Source: Candidatus Melainabacteria bacterium 17Bon1m
GTDB taxonomy: Bacteria; Cyanobacteriota; Vampirovibrionia; Obscuribacterales; Obscuribacteraceae
Length of the DNA: 64,000 nt
Direction of reading: 5' to 3'
Assembly (NCBI GenBank): GCA_032128875.1
Contig: JAVLKG010000002.1
Coordinates: 704,001-768,000 of the forward strand
A model generated the notes under the pieces. The model did not search any database. It was not told where the DNA came from and saw only the letters and a program-made list of their open reading frames with translations. The position numbers were made by a program, and so were the translations under genes. Positions 9,504 to 18,370 of the stretch are shown in pieces (position 1 is the stretch's first letter; each line of letters opens with the position of its first letter).

Positions 9504-12183
9504 GTCTTCAGAAAATTCGAAGTCATCGATTGCAGTTGCTGTGCCGAGAATCGAATTCGGACTGGTCAAAGCACACGCGATCGCCGCTATGGTCACTGTT
9601 TTGATCTCTGTTACCTTTGGCGTAATTGTTTCTCTGAAATTGCATACGCCTGATTTTGCCAGCGCCAGCCCTTTTTTGACTTGGGGGCGATTGCGCTATA
9701 ACCACACACAGGGCATCTTCTTTGGATGGCTAGGCAACGCTTTTTTAATGTTCCTCTATTATGCGGTTCCGATGCTATCGATGCGTCCGGTTTTGAGTCG
9801 AAAGCTCGGCTGGATGTTGTTTGCTCTCTGGAATTTCGCAGTTGTCCTACCCGGCTGGCTGCTGGTCATGGCCGGGGTCAGTCAACCGTTGGAATGGGGC
9901 GAATTTCCGCTAATTGTCGACGTCTTCGTCGTGCTTGCATTCATCGCATCTGTCGTGCAATTTGCAATACCACTTTTGAAAACGAAGCTTTCTTCACTAT
10001 ATGTCAGCGGCTGGTACATTCTGGGCGGTCTGATATTTACACTCTTCGCTTATCCGATTGGTAATGTCATTCCTCAGATTGCTCCTGGTGCGCAAGGCGC
10101 TGCTTTTAGCGGGCTCTGGATTCACGATGCGATCGGTTTGTATGTGACTCCTCTAGCTCTAGCAATGGCATTTTTCGTTGTGCCCCTTGTGACGAAAAAG
10201 CCGCTATACAGCCACTTCCTTTCTATGCTCGGCTTCTGGCTGCTTTTCTTTGTTTATCCACTTAACGGAACCCACCATTACGTTTTCTCCGCCATTCCAA
10301 TGGATGCCCAGAAGGGAGCAATTGTCGCTTCGGTTTACTTGGGAATGGATGTGATTCTGGTTGTGACCAACCTTCTTCTTTCGATGCGAGGTTGTTCCAA
10401 ACTTCTGAAAGAAGACCTTTCCTTACGGTTTGTTTGGATGGGCACGATTCTCTATTTGATTGTCAGTCTGCAAGGCTCCATGCAGGCATTGATGCCCTTT
10501 AATCGTTTGATTCACTTCAGCGACTGGGTTATTGGACATTCACATTTGGCTATGCTCGGTTTTGCAACCTTCACCGCTATCGGTGGCATGACGTATGTTT
10601 GGCAGCGGGTTCCGAATGCACGGTTTAACCGTCGTGCGCTCAATCACGCTTATTGGCTATTGCTGATAGGCATGATAATGATGGTGTCGCTTTTGACGAT
10701 CGCCGGTCTGGCCGAAGCAAAGGTCTGGCAGACATCACTTCCTTGGATGGAATCGATTCGAGCGGCAAAACCGCATTGGCTTCATCGCACATTCTCAGCC
10801 ATTTTGGTGATTGGCGGTTTCATTTCCCTTTTCACTTCTTTCTTCACAGGTGCGAGAAACGAAATAACCTCAGCATCTGCATCCGCGAGTTCGCAAGAAA
10901 AGGCGGAAATTGATAGCGCTCCCACTCGCGGCCCGAAACGTTTGGGAATGGCATATGCTGCCGCCGGAATTGGTGGCATAGGATTTTTTCTCCTGTCGTT
11001 TACTGCCCTTGCTGTGATCCCTGGCATGGCTTTACAGAATGAAATTGCGCGAACCAAGCCTTCGACAATGTTGAAGCCCACTGAGCAAGAACAGCGCGGC
11101 CGTATAGTTTATGCACGAGAAGGATGCGCTTACTGTCATACACAGCAGATTCGCACTGTTCCACAAGATGTAGATCGCTTTGGTGCTCCCACTCGCGCCT
11201 GGGAAAATCGGTACGACTACCCGCAATTGTGGGGAACTCGAAGAATTGGCCCCGATTTGTCGCGCGAGACAAATATTCGCTCTGATGACTGGCAATTGAC
11301 TCATTTATACAATCCGCGCTCGATTGTTCCTGATTCGGTAATGCCATCTTTTCCATGGTTATTTGACGGCTCGCCTGCAAAGCCGAAAGCCGAAGCTGAT
11401 GATCTGCTTGCATACATAAAGTCACTAGGCAAAGCTCGCCAGCTGTCGGGAAATGATCCAAAGCAATTCACTCTTGCTCCTAATTGCGAATGTCCTGATG
11501 ACGTCAAAAAAATTGAAACTACTCCTGTGCCACTGAATGCAAGCGGATCTGTACGCACCGTTGGAGTACTACCGTTTGAAGTGACACTGCCCAGCGATGC
11601 TGCAAAACGTGCTGATCTACAGCGGAAGGGTGCAGTTTTGTTTGCTAAGAATTGCCAGGGGTGTCACGGTGAAATGGGTGATGGACAGGGACCGGCTGCT
11701 GAAGGGTTGTTTCCCAAACCCGCTGGTCTAATTGAGGCGAACTACACTACAAAGCACCTGGTTTCTGTGTTGATGAATGGTATTCCTGGAACTTCAATGC
11801 CTGCATGGAGAGATTTGCCTCGCGCTGATATAGAGGCGCTGGTTGCGCATCTTAAGACTTTGCCCGAGCGACCTGTTTATGTGACCTCTGCTGAAGAGAT
11901 GGCGAGCAAGGAAGTTCAGGCAGGCAAGAAGATTTACGAGCAAAAGTGCGTTTCTTGCCATGGTATTGAAGGTGATGGCAAAGGTCCAGCCTCTGCGACA
12001 CTAGATCGACCACCGGCAAACTTCAAAGAAGTACAACCGGAGCCTGATGATTTGCTCAACGTGCTCGAGGTAGGTGTTCCTGGCACCAGTATGCCACCAT
12101 GGAAGGACCAGCTGACCGAGCAGGAAAGGGACTACCTTTCGCGTTATGTTCAAGCCTTTTATGTAGAGGAGACCAAGAAATGA
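9496..12183 (+). CDS. ccoNO: fused cbb3-type (C-family) heme-copper oxidase: CcoN-like + CcoO-like + two C-terminal cytochrome c domains
   Basis: RBS AAGGAGG; RLRYNHT, IHDAIG, VYPLNGTHH, GHSH His ligands; EGCAYCHTQQIR and GTRRIGPDL (CcoO); CQGCH and CVSCH each followed by GTSMP. Confidence 0.88.
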   Translation: MTESSENSKSSIAVAVPRIEFGLVKAHAIAAMVTVLISVTFGVIVSLKLHTPDFASASPFLTWGRLRYNHTQGIFFGWLGNAFLMFLYYAVPMLSMRPVLSRKLGWMLFALWNFAVVLPGWLLVMAGVSQPLEWGEFPLIVDVFVVLAFIASVVQFAIPLLKTKLSSLYVSGWYILGGLIFTLFAYPIGNVIPQIAPGAQGAAFSGLWIHDAIGLYVTPLALAMAFFVVPLVTKKPLYSHFLSMLGFWLLFFVYPLNGTHHYVFSAIPMDAQKGAIVASVYLGMDVILVVTNLLLSMRGCSKLLKEDLSLRFVWMGTILYLIVSLQGSMQALMPFNRLIHFSDWVIGHSHLAMLGFATFTAIGGMTYVWQRVPNARFNRRALNHAYWLLLIGMIMMVSLLTIAGLAEAKVWQTSLPWMESIRAAKPHWLHRTFSAILVIGGFISLFTSFFTGARNEITSASASASSQEKAEIDSAPTRGPKRLGMAYAAAGIGGIGFFLLSFTALAVIPGMALQNEIARTKPSTMLKPTEQEQRGRIVYAREGCAYCHTQQIRTVPQDVDRFGAPTRAWENRYDYPQLWGTRRIGPDLSRETNIRSDDWQLTHLYNPRSIVPDSVMPSFPWLFDGSPAKPKAEADDLLAYIKSLGKARQLSGNDPKQFTLAPNCECPDDVKKIETTPVPLNASGSVRTVGVLPFEVTLPSDAAKRADLQRKGAVLFAKNCQGCHGEMGDGQGPAAEGLFPKPAGLIEANYTTKHLVSVLMNGIPGTSMPAWRDLPRADIEALVAHLKTLPERPVYVTSAEEMASKEVQAGKKIYEQKCVSCHGIEGDGKGPASATLDRPPANFKEVQPEPDDLLNVLEVGVPGTSMPPWKDQLTEQERDYLSRYVQAFYVEETKK

Positions 12184-12347
12184 TTTACGCTCTTCTGATA
12201 CTGATGACGGTGCTAGTTGGCATTTATGTTGTTGCCTGGTTTGTCAGTCCCTCTCTGCGTGATCTTTTGGAGAAACCAAATCAAGGTTTGCTGAACAATA
12301 GTGAAAAGTTTGAACAGAACAAAAATTGCAAAGGCGCGTTGAAATGA
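12180..12347 (+). CDS. 55-aa single-TM membrane protein (possible small oxidase subunit)
   Basis: MIYALLILMTVLVGIYVVAWFVSPSLRDLLEKP...; ATGA overlaps at both ends. Confidence 0.7.
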   Translation: MIYALLILMTVLVGIYVVAWFVSPSLRDLLEKPNQGLLNNSEKFEQNKNCKGALK

Positions 12348-12736
12348 AATTTGAAGATAAGCTCGAAATTCAAGAACTAACTTCTCGTTATGCCAACGCG
12401 ATGGATGATGCCGATTTGGATTCCTGGATAGCTACCTGGGACGCCAACGGATTGTGGAAAGGCGGACTTGGGGATTTCCAGGGGACAGATAAACTAAAAG
12501 AGCTCTTTGCGGCTCTTGGCGAGCGGATTAAAAACCGTAGGCATGTAATGACGAATTTCGTAATTGTAGGCGACGATGCACAGGCAGAGCAGCGTTGTTA
12601 TATGCTCGTTTTTGATCGCGTTAATGAAGCGCGCTTGATCGCGTCCGGCGTTTACAATGACCGCCTAATTAAGTCAGGTGGTGCGTGGAAGTTTTTAGAG
12701 CGCCGAGTCGCTCTTGACCCAAGTTTTCGTCCGTAA
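12344..12736 (+). CDS. SnoaL-like/NTF2-fold protein
   Basis: EDKLEIQELTSRYANAMD...RRHVMTN...GVYNDRL..GAWKF pattern of the SnoaL_4 family. Confidence 0.85.
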   Translation: MKFEDKLEIQELTSRYANAMDDADLDSWIATWDANGLWKGGLGDFQGTDKLKELFAALGERIKNRRHVMTNFVIVGDDAQAEQRCYMLVFDRVNEARLIASGVYNDRLIKSGGAWKFLERRVALDPSFRP

Positions 12737-12768
12737 TGCCAAAGGTTCGAGCCCCAAAGGAATTCATC

Positions 12769-14013
12769 ATGCTGAAACAGATTTTTATTGCCCTTAGCTC
12801 TGTTGTCATGCTGGCTGGACCCAGCTTTGCTAACGACATCGAAGTTCAGGAAAAAATTCGCATGAAGAGTGGCGAATGGATGGCTGAGATGCGGCAAGTC
12901 GACAAACTTAAGGCTCAGAAGAAGTGGGATGAAGCTGAAGCTGTGATTCGCAACATCATGGCTGAAAGGCAAGAGTTAAAACTCAATCTCAGCGGTGAGA
13001 AAAGATCGCTCGCTGAGTTGTACACCGCCGCAGGCAAACTTTCTGAAGCCGAGAAGATGTACAAGGAGCAAATCTCCGATCGTGAAACACACGATGGCAT
13101 TGATGATTTCATTCTTGTCCCAGTTTTGAATCAGTATGCTGAGTTCTTGCGTGCTCATGGTCGAGCGAAGGAAGCTGTTCCATTAGAGCAACGTGCCAAA
13201 GGCATTGAAGCTGACATTAACAAACCACCTAAAAAGCAAATTGCCGCCATCATGGGTGATACCAAATTGAGCAGCAACGACAAGTACAGCAAACTGTGCG
13301 ATTTGGGCAAAAGATTTCTCGACAGCGATAATGCCACCAAAGCTTCTTTTGCATTCACAGAAGCAATCAAGGTAAATCCGTATAAGCCAAGAGCTTACAA
13401 AATGCGTGCTCAAACTTATTACCAAACAGAAAAGTTGCAGGCAGCTCTCGAGGACTTGAATAACGCGCTAAAAGCTGACGCAAAAGATGCCGAAGCTTTG
13501 TTCGACCGCGGTCGCTTGTACCAGAGTTTGAACAAGCCGTTGAAAGCACTGAAAGACTTTGATGCGTCTATTGCTCTGCGACCCGGCGATGTAGATACAC
13601 TGGGTTATCGTGCGAAACAATTCGCAGCACTCGGACGTATCGACAATGCAATTGCCGACTACTCCTCTGCGATTAAGGCACAACCCCGGACACACTGGGC
13701 TTTTATCCAACGTTCTTTGCTTTACCGCGATTATAAGAAGGACACCGCTCAAGCTCTCAAGGATATCGACAATGCCATTGCCCTTGCGCCGAAGAACATA
13801 GATGACTGGGAATTGAGAGCTGAAACTCTCATGAAAGCCAAGCGCGTGAAAGAAGCAATCGCCGACGCGACCAAAATGATTGAAATCGAGCCAGATAGCA
13901 CTCAGGGCTACTCAATGAGGTCTCGAATCTACAAGGCAATAGAAGGACCGAAGTCCAAGAATGCTGCGGCAGACCTGGCTACCATCGAGAAGATGAGAAA
14001 AACGGCGCCATAG
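12769..14013 (+). CDS. secreted TPR-repeat protein
   Basis: Signal peptide MLKQIFIALSSVVMLAGPSFA; multiple TPR units (ALFDRGRLY...ALKDFDASIALRP). Confidence 0.85.
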   Translation: MLKQIFIALSSVVMLAGPSFANDIEVQEKIRMKSGEWMAEMRQVDKLKAQKKWDEAEAVIRNIMAERQELKLNLSGEKRSLAELYTAAGKLSEAEKMYKEQISDRETHDGIDDFILVPVLNQYAEFLRAHGRAKEAVPLEQRAKGIEADINKPPKKQIAAIMGDTKLSSNDKYSKLCDLGKRFLDSDNATKASFAFTEAIKVNPYKPRAYKMRAQTYYQTEKLQAALEDLNNALKADAKDAEALFDRGRLYQSLNKPLKALKDFDASIALRPGDVDTLGYRAKQFAALGRIDNAIADYSSAIKAQPRTHWAFIQRSLLYRDYKKDTAQALKDIDNAIALAPKNIDDWELRAETLMKAKRVKEAIADATKMIEIEPDSTQGYSMRSRIYKAIEGPKSKNAAADLATIEKMRKTAP

Positions 14014-14114
14014 TCCAGGGGAACAGACCCTGTATATATCCGTCTAGATCCCCATTGGTTTGTTCTCCTGTTTTATGAGAAGATGACCTGGGTCTCCTAA
14101 CAGGAAAGGACGAG

Positions 14115-14390
14115 ATGATGAACAGGTTTGCGATTGCTTCGTTGGTGATTTTGATTGCTGCTTTGAGTAACATCCCGGCTGCGGAAGCTGGTGCTGTCAC
14201 TAAAGGCATCAAGAAAGGCTATAACGCCACAGCCAACGGCGTAAAGAAGAGTGTTCGAGTCACGGAAGGTGGTGTTAAGAAGGGCGTTAAGGTGACGGTC
14301 GGCGGCACGAAGAAAGGGCTAAAGACGACCGATCAAGCACTTAAGAAATCTTGGCGCAGCACCACAAAGTTCGTAAAGAAGGTATTTTGA
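14115..14390 (+). CDS. small secreted cationic protein with 11-residue repeats
   Basis: RBS AGGA; signal peptide; GxKK motif every 11 aa. Confidence 0.75.
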   Translation: MMNRFAIASLVILIAALSNIPAAEAGAVTKGIKKGYNATANGVKKSVRVTEGGVKKGVKVTVGGTKKGLKTTDQALKKSWRSTTKFVKKVF

Positions 14391-15487
14391 TCGGAACAAC
14401 TGCTGTTAGTGCTCCAATCTCAAGGACCCAGGCTACCTGGGAACGCCGGCGTCTAGCCGGCTTTTTCTTTGGATGCACTTTAGCAATATTCTGTGCTTTG
14501 TCACTTTCCGGCACATCAGCCTTGGCAAAAGCGAAACAGAGCGCTAAAGCGCCAGATGCAGAATCCATGCCAATGGCTGCGCCACCAATTCAGCGTGGAG
14601 AGGTTTCTACAAGTTCGACCGCGCCTTTTTCTCTAAATGCATCGAAAACGCAAGAGAACACGACTATCCCACGTCCGGCGTTCAATCTCAACGCTACGAA
14701 GTTTACCCAGGGCGCAGAGCAAACAGATACCCAATTAATGCCAGGTGCGCCAAAGTTTGATGTTTCCGCCTTTCAGCAAGCCCCGCTTGCAGGCAATGCA
14801 CAGAAGCAGGCACCGCTTACCGGTGGAGTTCAGGCACTTAAGCTGCTAGCTAATTACGACATCGAGTTGATTGTCGATGAGTCGCTTTCGATGAGGAGGA
14901 TGGATTGCCCCGGTGGCTTGTCGCGATGGAATTGGTGTGGCATGCAAGCTGGCCAATTGGCGAAACAGCTTGCACCTTATGTCCGCAATGGTTTTACTCT
15001 GACTACCTTCGCTGGTGGTTACGAAGTCTATGATCATTCAACACCTGAAAATGTGATGCACCTCTTTCAGAATCCAATGTTCAGCCTTGGCACGAGAATG
15101 TCGCAACCTCTGGCAGACAGGCTCAACAATTTTTTCAGTAAGCGACAGAGCATAGGAAGACCGCTTCTGCTTGCAGTAATTACAGATGGTGTGCCTGCGC
15201 CTAAGCGTGAGCCATTTCTGGTGGCAGATGTTTTGATCAATGCCACTAAAAAGATGCGCGATGCAAAAGATGTGACGGTTGTGTTCTTCCAAATTGGCGG
15301 GGCAGATTTTAAAGGGCAGCGGTTTCTCAATTATTTAGACAATGGTCTGGTGGCAGATGGTGCACGTTTTGATATCGTAAAAAATGTTCCGATGGAGCGT
15401 TTGGCTCAAATCGGTTTGGCACAATCTCTGGTAAATTCGATTCAAGAGTTCGCTGCGCAAAATAAACAAGCTCCGAACCTTCGTTAA
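14387..15487 (+). CDS. exported vWA-domain protein
   Basis: MIDAS elements DESLS, T in LGTRMS, VITDG; N-terminal TM/signal; start uncertain (TTG 14387 overlaps upstream stop). Confidence 0.75.
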   Translation: MIGTTAVSAPISRTQATWERRRLAGFFFGCTLAIFCALSLSGTSALAKAKQSAKAPDAESMPMAAPPIQRGEVSTSSTAPFSLNASKTQENTTIPRPAFNLNATKFTQGAEQTDTQLMPGAPKFDVSAFQQAPLAGNAQKQAPLTGGVQALKLLANYDIELIVDESLSMRRMDCPGGLSRWNWCGMQAGQLAKQLAPYVRNGFTLTTFAGGYEVYDHSTPENVMHLFQNPMFSLGTRMSQPLADRLNNFFSKRQSIGRPLLLAVITDGVPAPKREPFLVADVLINATKKMRDAKDVTVVFFQIGGADFKGQRFLNYLDNGLVADGARFDIVKNVPMERLAQIGLAQSLVNSIQEFAAQNKQAPNLR

Positions 15488-15521
15488 CTGACAGCAAGTT
15501 TAATAGTCAATTGGATGAGAA

Positions 15522-15977
15522 ATGAAGATTTGGGTGGATGCTGATGCTTGTCCGGGTGCGGTGCGGGACATAGTTATTGCTGCATCACACAAGCGGAAGA
15601 TTCCAGCTTCATTCGTCGCTAACAAGCAGCTTTCCTTGCCGATTTCGGATTTGATTGCGTTTGTTCTTGTCGGAAACGCTCCTGACGCGGCGGATGCTTA
15701 CATTGTGGAGCAAGCCCAGAAAGGGGATCTTGTTATTACGCAGGACATCCCGCTTGCGCATCCGCTTGTACATAAGCAAATCGTAGTGATTAGCCCGCGT
15801 GGTTTGGTTTTTGACGAAGACAACATTGGTGAAAGGCTGTCTGTTAGAGACATGCTGCAGGATATGCGCGATGTTGGAATAGTGACGGGCGGACCTAAAC
15901 AATTTGGTGATAAGGAAAAACGGGAATTCGCGTCCAGCTTTGATAGAGAACTAACGAAACTTCTTAAAAAAGTGTAG
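15522..15977 (+). CDS. yaiI: YaiI/YqxD family (UPF0178/DUF188) protein
   Basis: MKIWVDADACP, DAADAYI, GDLVITQDIPLA, TGGP motifs. Confidence 0.92.
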   Translation: MKIWVDADACPGAVRDIVIAASHKRKIPASFVANKQLSLPISDLIAFVLVGNAPDAADAYIVEQAQKGDLVITQDIPLAHPLVHKQIVVISPRGLVFDEDNIGERLSVRDMLQDMRDVGIVTGGPKQFGDKEKREFASSFDRELTKLLKKV

Positions 15978-15989
15978 ATTAGTATTCTC

Positions 15990-17144
15990 ATGAATATTCA
16001 AGAAATTGAGATTTCCGGCTACCGATCTGTTGACGACCTGAAATTAGAGCTGAGCAACGTGACAGTTCTTGTGGGTCCGAACGGTTGTGGAAAGAGCAAT
16101 ATCTATCAGTCTATAAACCTCATCGCGGCAGCTGCGACCGGTCAGTTTGCGCGTCGGATTGCAGAGGAAGGCGGCATGCAGTCCATCCTCTGGGCGGGTG
16201 GCAGAAGCAAGAACGAGAAGCCGAGAACCAGATTGAGCGTGAATTTTGATCAACTGTCATATTCAATTGAGTTCGGCGTAATTCCCGTTAGCGATAGGAT
16301 ATCAGTACCGTTTTTCAAATTAGATCCGGATATCAAGGAAGAATCTGTAGAGATAAAATCTGGTTCTCGTAAGGTAAATCTGCTGAAGCGAAAGCGATTA
16401 ATTATTACGGCGAAGGATATTGATGGCGAAGAACTGGCGTTCTCCGACACTGTGACAGAGAGTGAATCTGTTCTATCAGAACTCAGAGAGCCACAAAGAT
16501 TTCCAGAGTTAGTAAATCTGAGATCTCAATTTCTTCGTTGGCGTTTCTATCACGACTTCAGGACAGATCTGCAGTCTCCAATACGTGATCCTCAAGTCGC
16601 CACACTAACGCCAATTCTTAGCCACGATGGTCGAGATTTGGCTGCTACCCTTGCAACAATTCGGTCAATCGGCAATGTGGAAAAGCTTCGTTATTCCGTA
16701 CAGAAGGCTTTTCCGGGTAGCTCTATTGTCATTGAAGAAGAAGAGGGTGCTCTCCACCTAAGCATGAGCTTTCCAGGTATATCGAGAAATCTTGAGGCGC
16801 GTGAGCTGTCAGATGGAATACTCCAATACCTTTGTTTGCTTGCTGCCCTTTTGACTCCGCGTCCAGCACCATTTATGGTGCTCAATGAACCGGAAACGAG
16901 TATCCATTATGACTTGCTGAAACCGATGGCAGATCTAATTGTCGCGGCATCGGAGAACTCACAAATATTGCTAACAACACATTCTAAAGAACTCGCACGA
17001 TCGCTTCGACTGAAGGGCGCTACCGTTTATGAGCTGGAAAAGATTGACGGTGCGACAACTCTTAAAGGCACGCGAAAAATAAAAACGCATGAGCAAAAAA
17101 TGCGTGGATGGCTTGGAGCAGAAACCGAAATGGAAGATCCTTGA
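15990..17144 (+). CDS. ABC/SMC-type ATPase (AAA_21, COG4637-like)
   Basis: GYRS, Walker A GPNGCGKS, signature LSDG, Walker B VLNEPE, TTHS. Confidence 0.88.
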   Translation: MNIQEIEISGYRSVDDLKLELSNVTVLVGPNGCGKSNIYQSINLIAAAATGQFARRIAEEGGMQSILWAGGRSKNEKPRTRLSVNFDQLSYSIEFGVIPVSDRISVPFFKLDPDIKEESVEIKSGSRKVNLLKRKRLIITAKDIDGEELAFSDTVTESESVLSELREPQRFPELVNLRSQFLRWRFYHDFRTDLQSPIRDPQVATLTPILSHDGRDLAATLATIRSIGNVEKLRYSVQKAFPGSSIVIEEEEGALHLSMSFPGISRNLEARELSDGILQYLCLLAALLTPRPAPFMVLNEPETSIHYDLLKPMADLIVAASENSQILLTTHSKELARSLRLKGATVYELEKIDGATTLKGTRKIKTHEQKMRGWLGAETEMEDP

Positions 17145-17151
17145 GGTAAAA

Positions 17152-18288
17152 GTGAGTCTCGCAGAATTTTCTATTCAGAACTATCGTTCCATTAAGCATG
17201 CATGGCTCAAGCTTGATCGAATGAACGTTATTGTTGGCCCGAACGGTTCTGGGAAGAGCAATCTTTACCGCGCTATATATTTGCTCGCTTCAACAGCCTC
17301 TGGAAGGTTGGCTCGCAACGTTGCAGAAGAAGGCGGAATGTCTTCTGTCCTTTGGTCAGGAGAACGTAGTAGCGATTCGAAAAAGGTGGAGTTGTCTGTC
17401 AAGTTAGACAACCTTCAATACGATCTGACCTTCGCTGCATTATCTGCTGCGCTTGGTGGTGGCAAGGACTCAGTATTCAAGAACGATGTTGAAATTCTAA
17501 AAGAGGAAATCAACATTAGAAGCGGACAAAAGCGAACTTGTATTTTAAAACGCAATAAAGCTGCTATCTATCTTATCGATGCAAAGGGTGTGAAAGTTGA
17601 TTACACCATGCGCGTACCAGCGAACGAATCGATTCTGTTCGGAATAAGAGAACCGCACCGGTTTCCACAGCTATCCGCACTGCGGCAAGAGTTTTTGAGC
17701 TGGCGGTTCTATCACCATTTTCGCACTGATAAAGAATCTCCACTTCGAAGACCTCAACTCGCTGTGATGACTCCCCGAATGGCTCACGATGGCAGCGATT
17801 TCGTTTCAGCAATTGCCACAATTCTTCAGTGGGGTGATAAGAATGGATTGTTGAATAGTTTGGACGATGCCTTCCCTGGTTCTGATCTGGCAATATCCGA
17901 ATCAGCTTCGGGCTTGCGAGTTCTCTTCAAATCAGCCGATTTGCGAAGGGCCTTTCAGACTCACGAACTGTCAGATGGAACATTGCAATACTTGTGTTTG
18001 CTCGCTGCTTTGTATAGCTTAGATCCACCATCTGTGTTGGTGCTCAACGAACCAGAAACGAGTCTTCATCCAGATCTCAGCGAGCCGCTGGCACGACTTT
18101 TAGTAGCTGCTTCTCACCGCTCGCAAGTTTGGATAACGACACATTCTCGTGATCTTGCTGATGCAATTGTTGAACTCAGTGGCTATTCTCCGATTGAGTT
18201 GGAGAAAGTTGAAGGTGAAACTAAGCTGATGGGTGTCAGCATGGGACGTTTTAGAGAATCGTTTCAGCTGTCGGAAGACGATGACTGA
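17152..18288 (+). CDS. ABC/SMC-type ATPase (AAA_21, COG4637-like), paralog of the upstream gene
   Basis: GAGG RBS with GTG start; NYRS, GPNGSGKS, LSDGT, VLNEPETSLHP, TTHS. Confidence 0.88.
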   Translation: MSLAEFSIQNYRSIKHAWLKLDRMNVIVGPNGSGKSNLYRAIYLLASTASGRLARNVAEEGGMSSVLWSGERSSDSKKVELSVKLDNLQYDLTFAALSAALGGGKDSVFKNDVEILKEEINIRSGQKRTCILKRNKAAIYLIDAKGVKVDYTMRVPANESILFGIREPHRFPQLSALRQEFLSWRFYHHFRTDKESPLRRPQLAVMTPRMAHDGSDFVSAIATILQWGDKNGLLNSLDDAFPGSDLAISESASGLRVLFKSADLRRAFQTHELSDGTLQYLCLLAALYSLDPPSVLVLNEPETSLHPDLSEPLARLLVAASHRSQVWITTHSRDLADAIVELSGYSPIELEKVEGETKLMGVSMGRFRESFQLSEDDD

Positions 18289-18326
18289 TTCCAGGTAAGA
18301 AATTAAGAAGCGATTGAAAAAAATTA

Positions 18327-18349
18327 GGGCGCGTGCAACGCGCCCCCAC
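18327..18349 (-). repeat. REP-like palindrome
   Basis: Reverse strand reads GTGGGGGCGCG-TTGCA-CGCGCCC; lies between convergent genes and may also act as a terminator. Confidence 0.55.
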
Positions 18350-18370
18350 GATTATTGCCTGCACAATTTA

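Noticed and set aside
9576-9583. HIP1 octamer GCGATCGC as a cyanobacterial signature
   Set aside because: Only isolated copies were noticed (here and near 53487); no evident over-representation, though I did not count exhaustively.
9496-11000. Nitric oxide reductase (NorB) instead of an oxidase
   Set aside because: It keeps the helix-VII Tyr, lacks the HLWVEG-type Glu motif, and is fused to a CcoO-like domain.
17089-17151. Frameshifted single ATPase gene or N-terminal extension of the second ATPase
   Set aside because: Each ORF has a complete Walker A, signature, Walker B and H-loop; the second has its own RBS and GTG at 17152.
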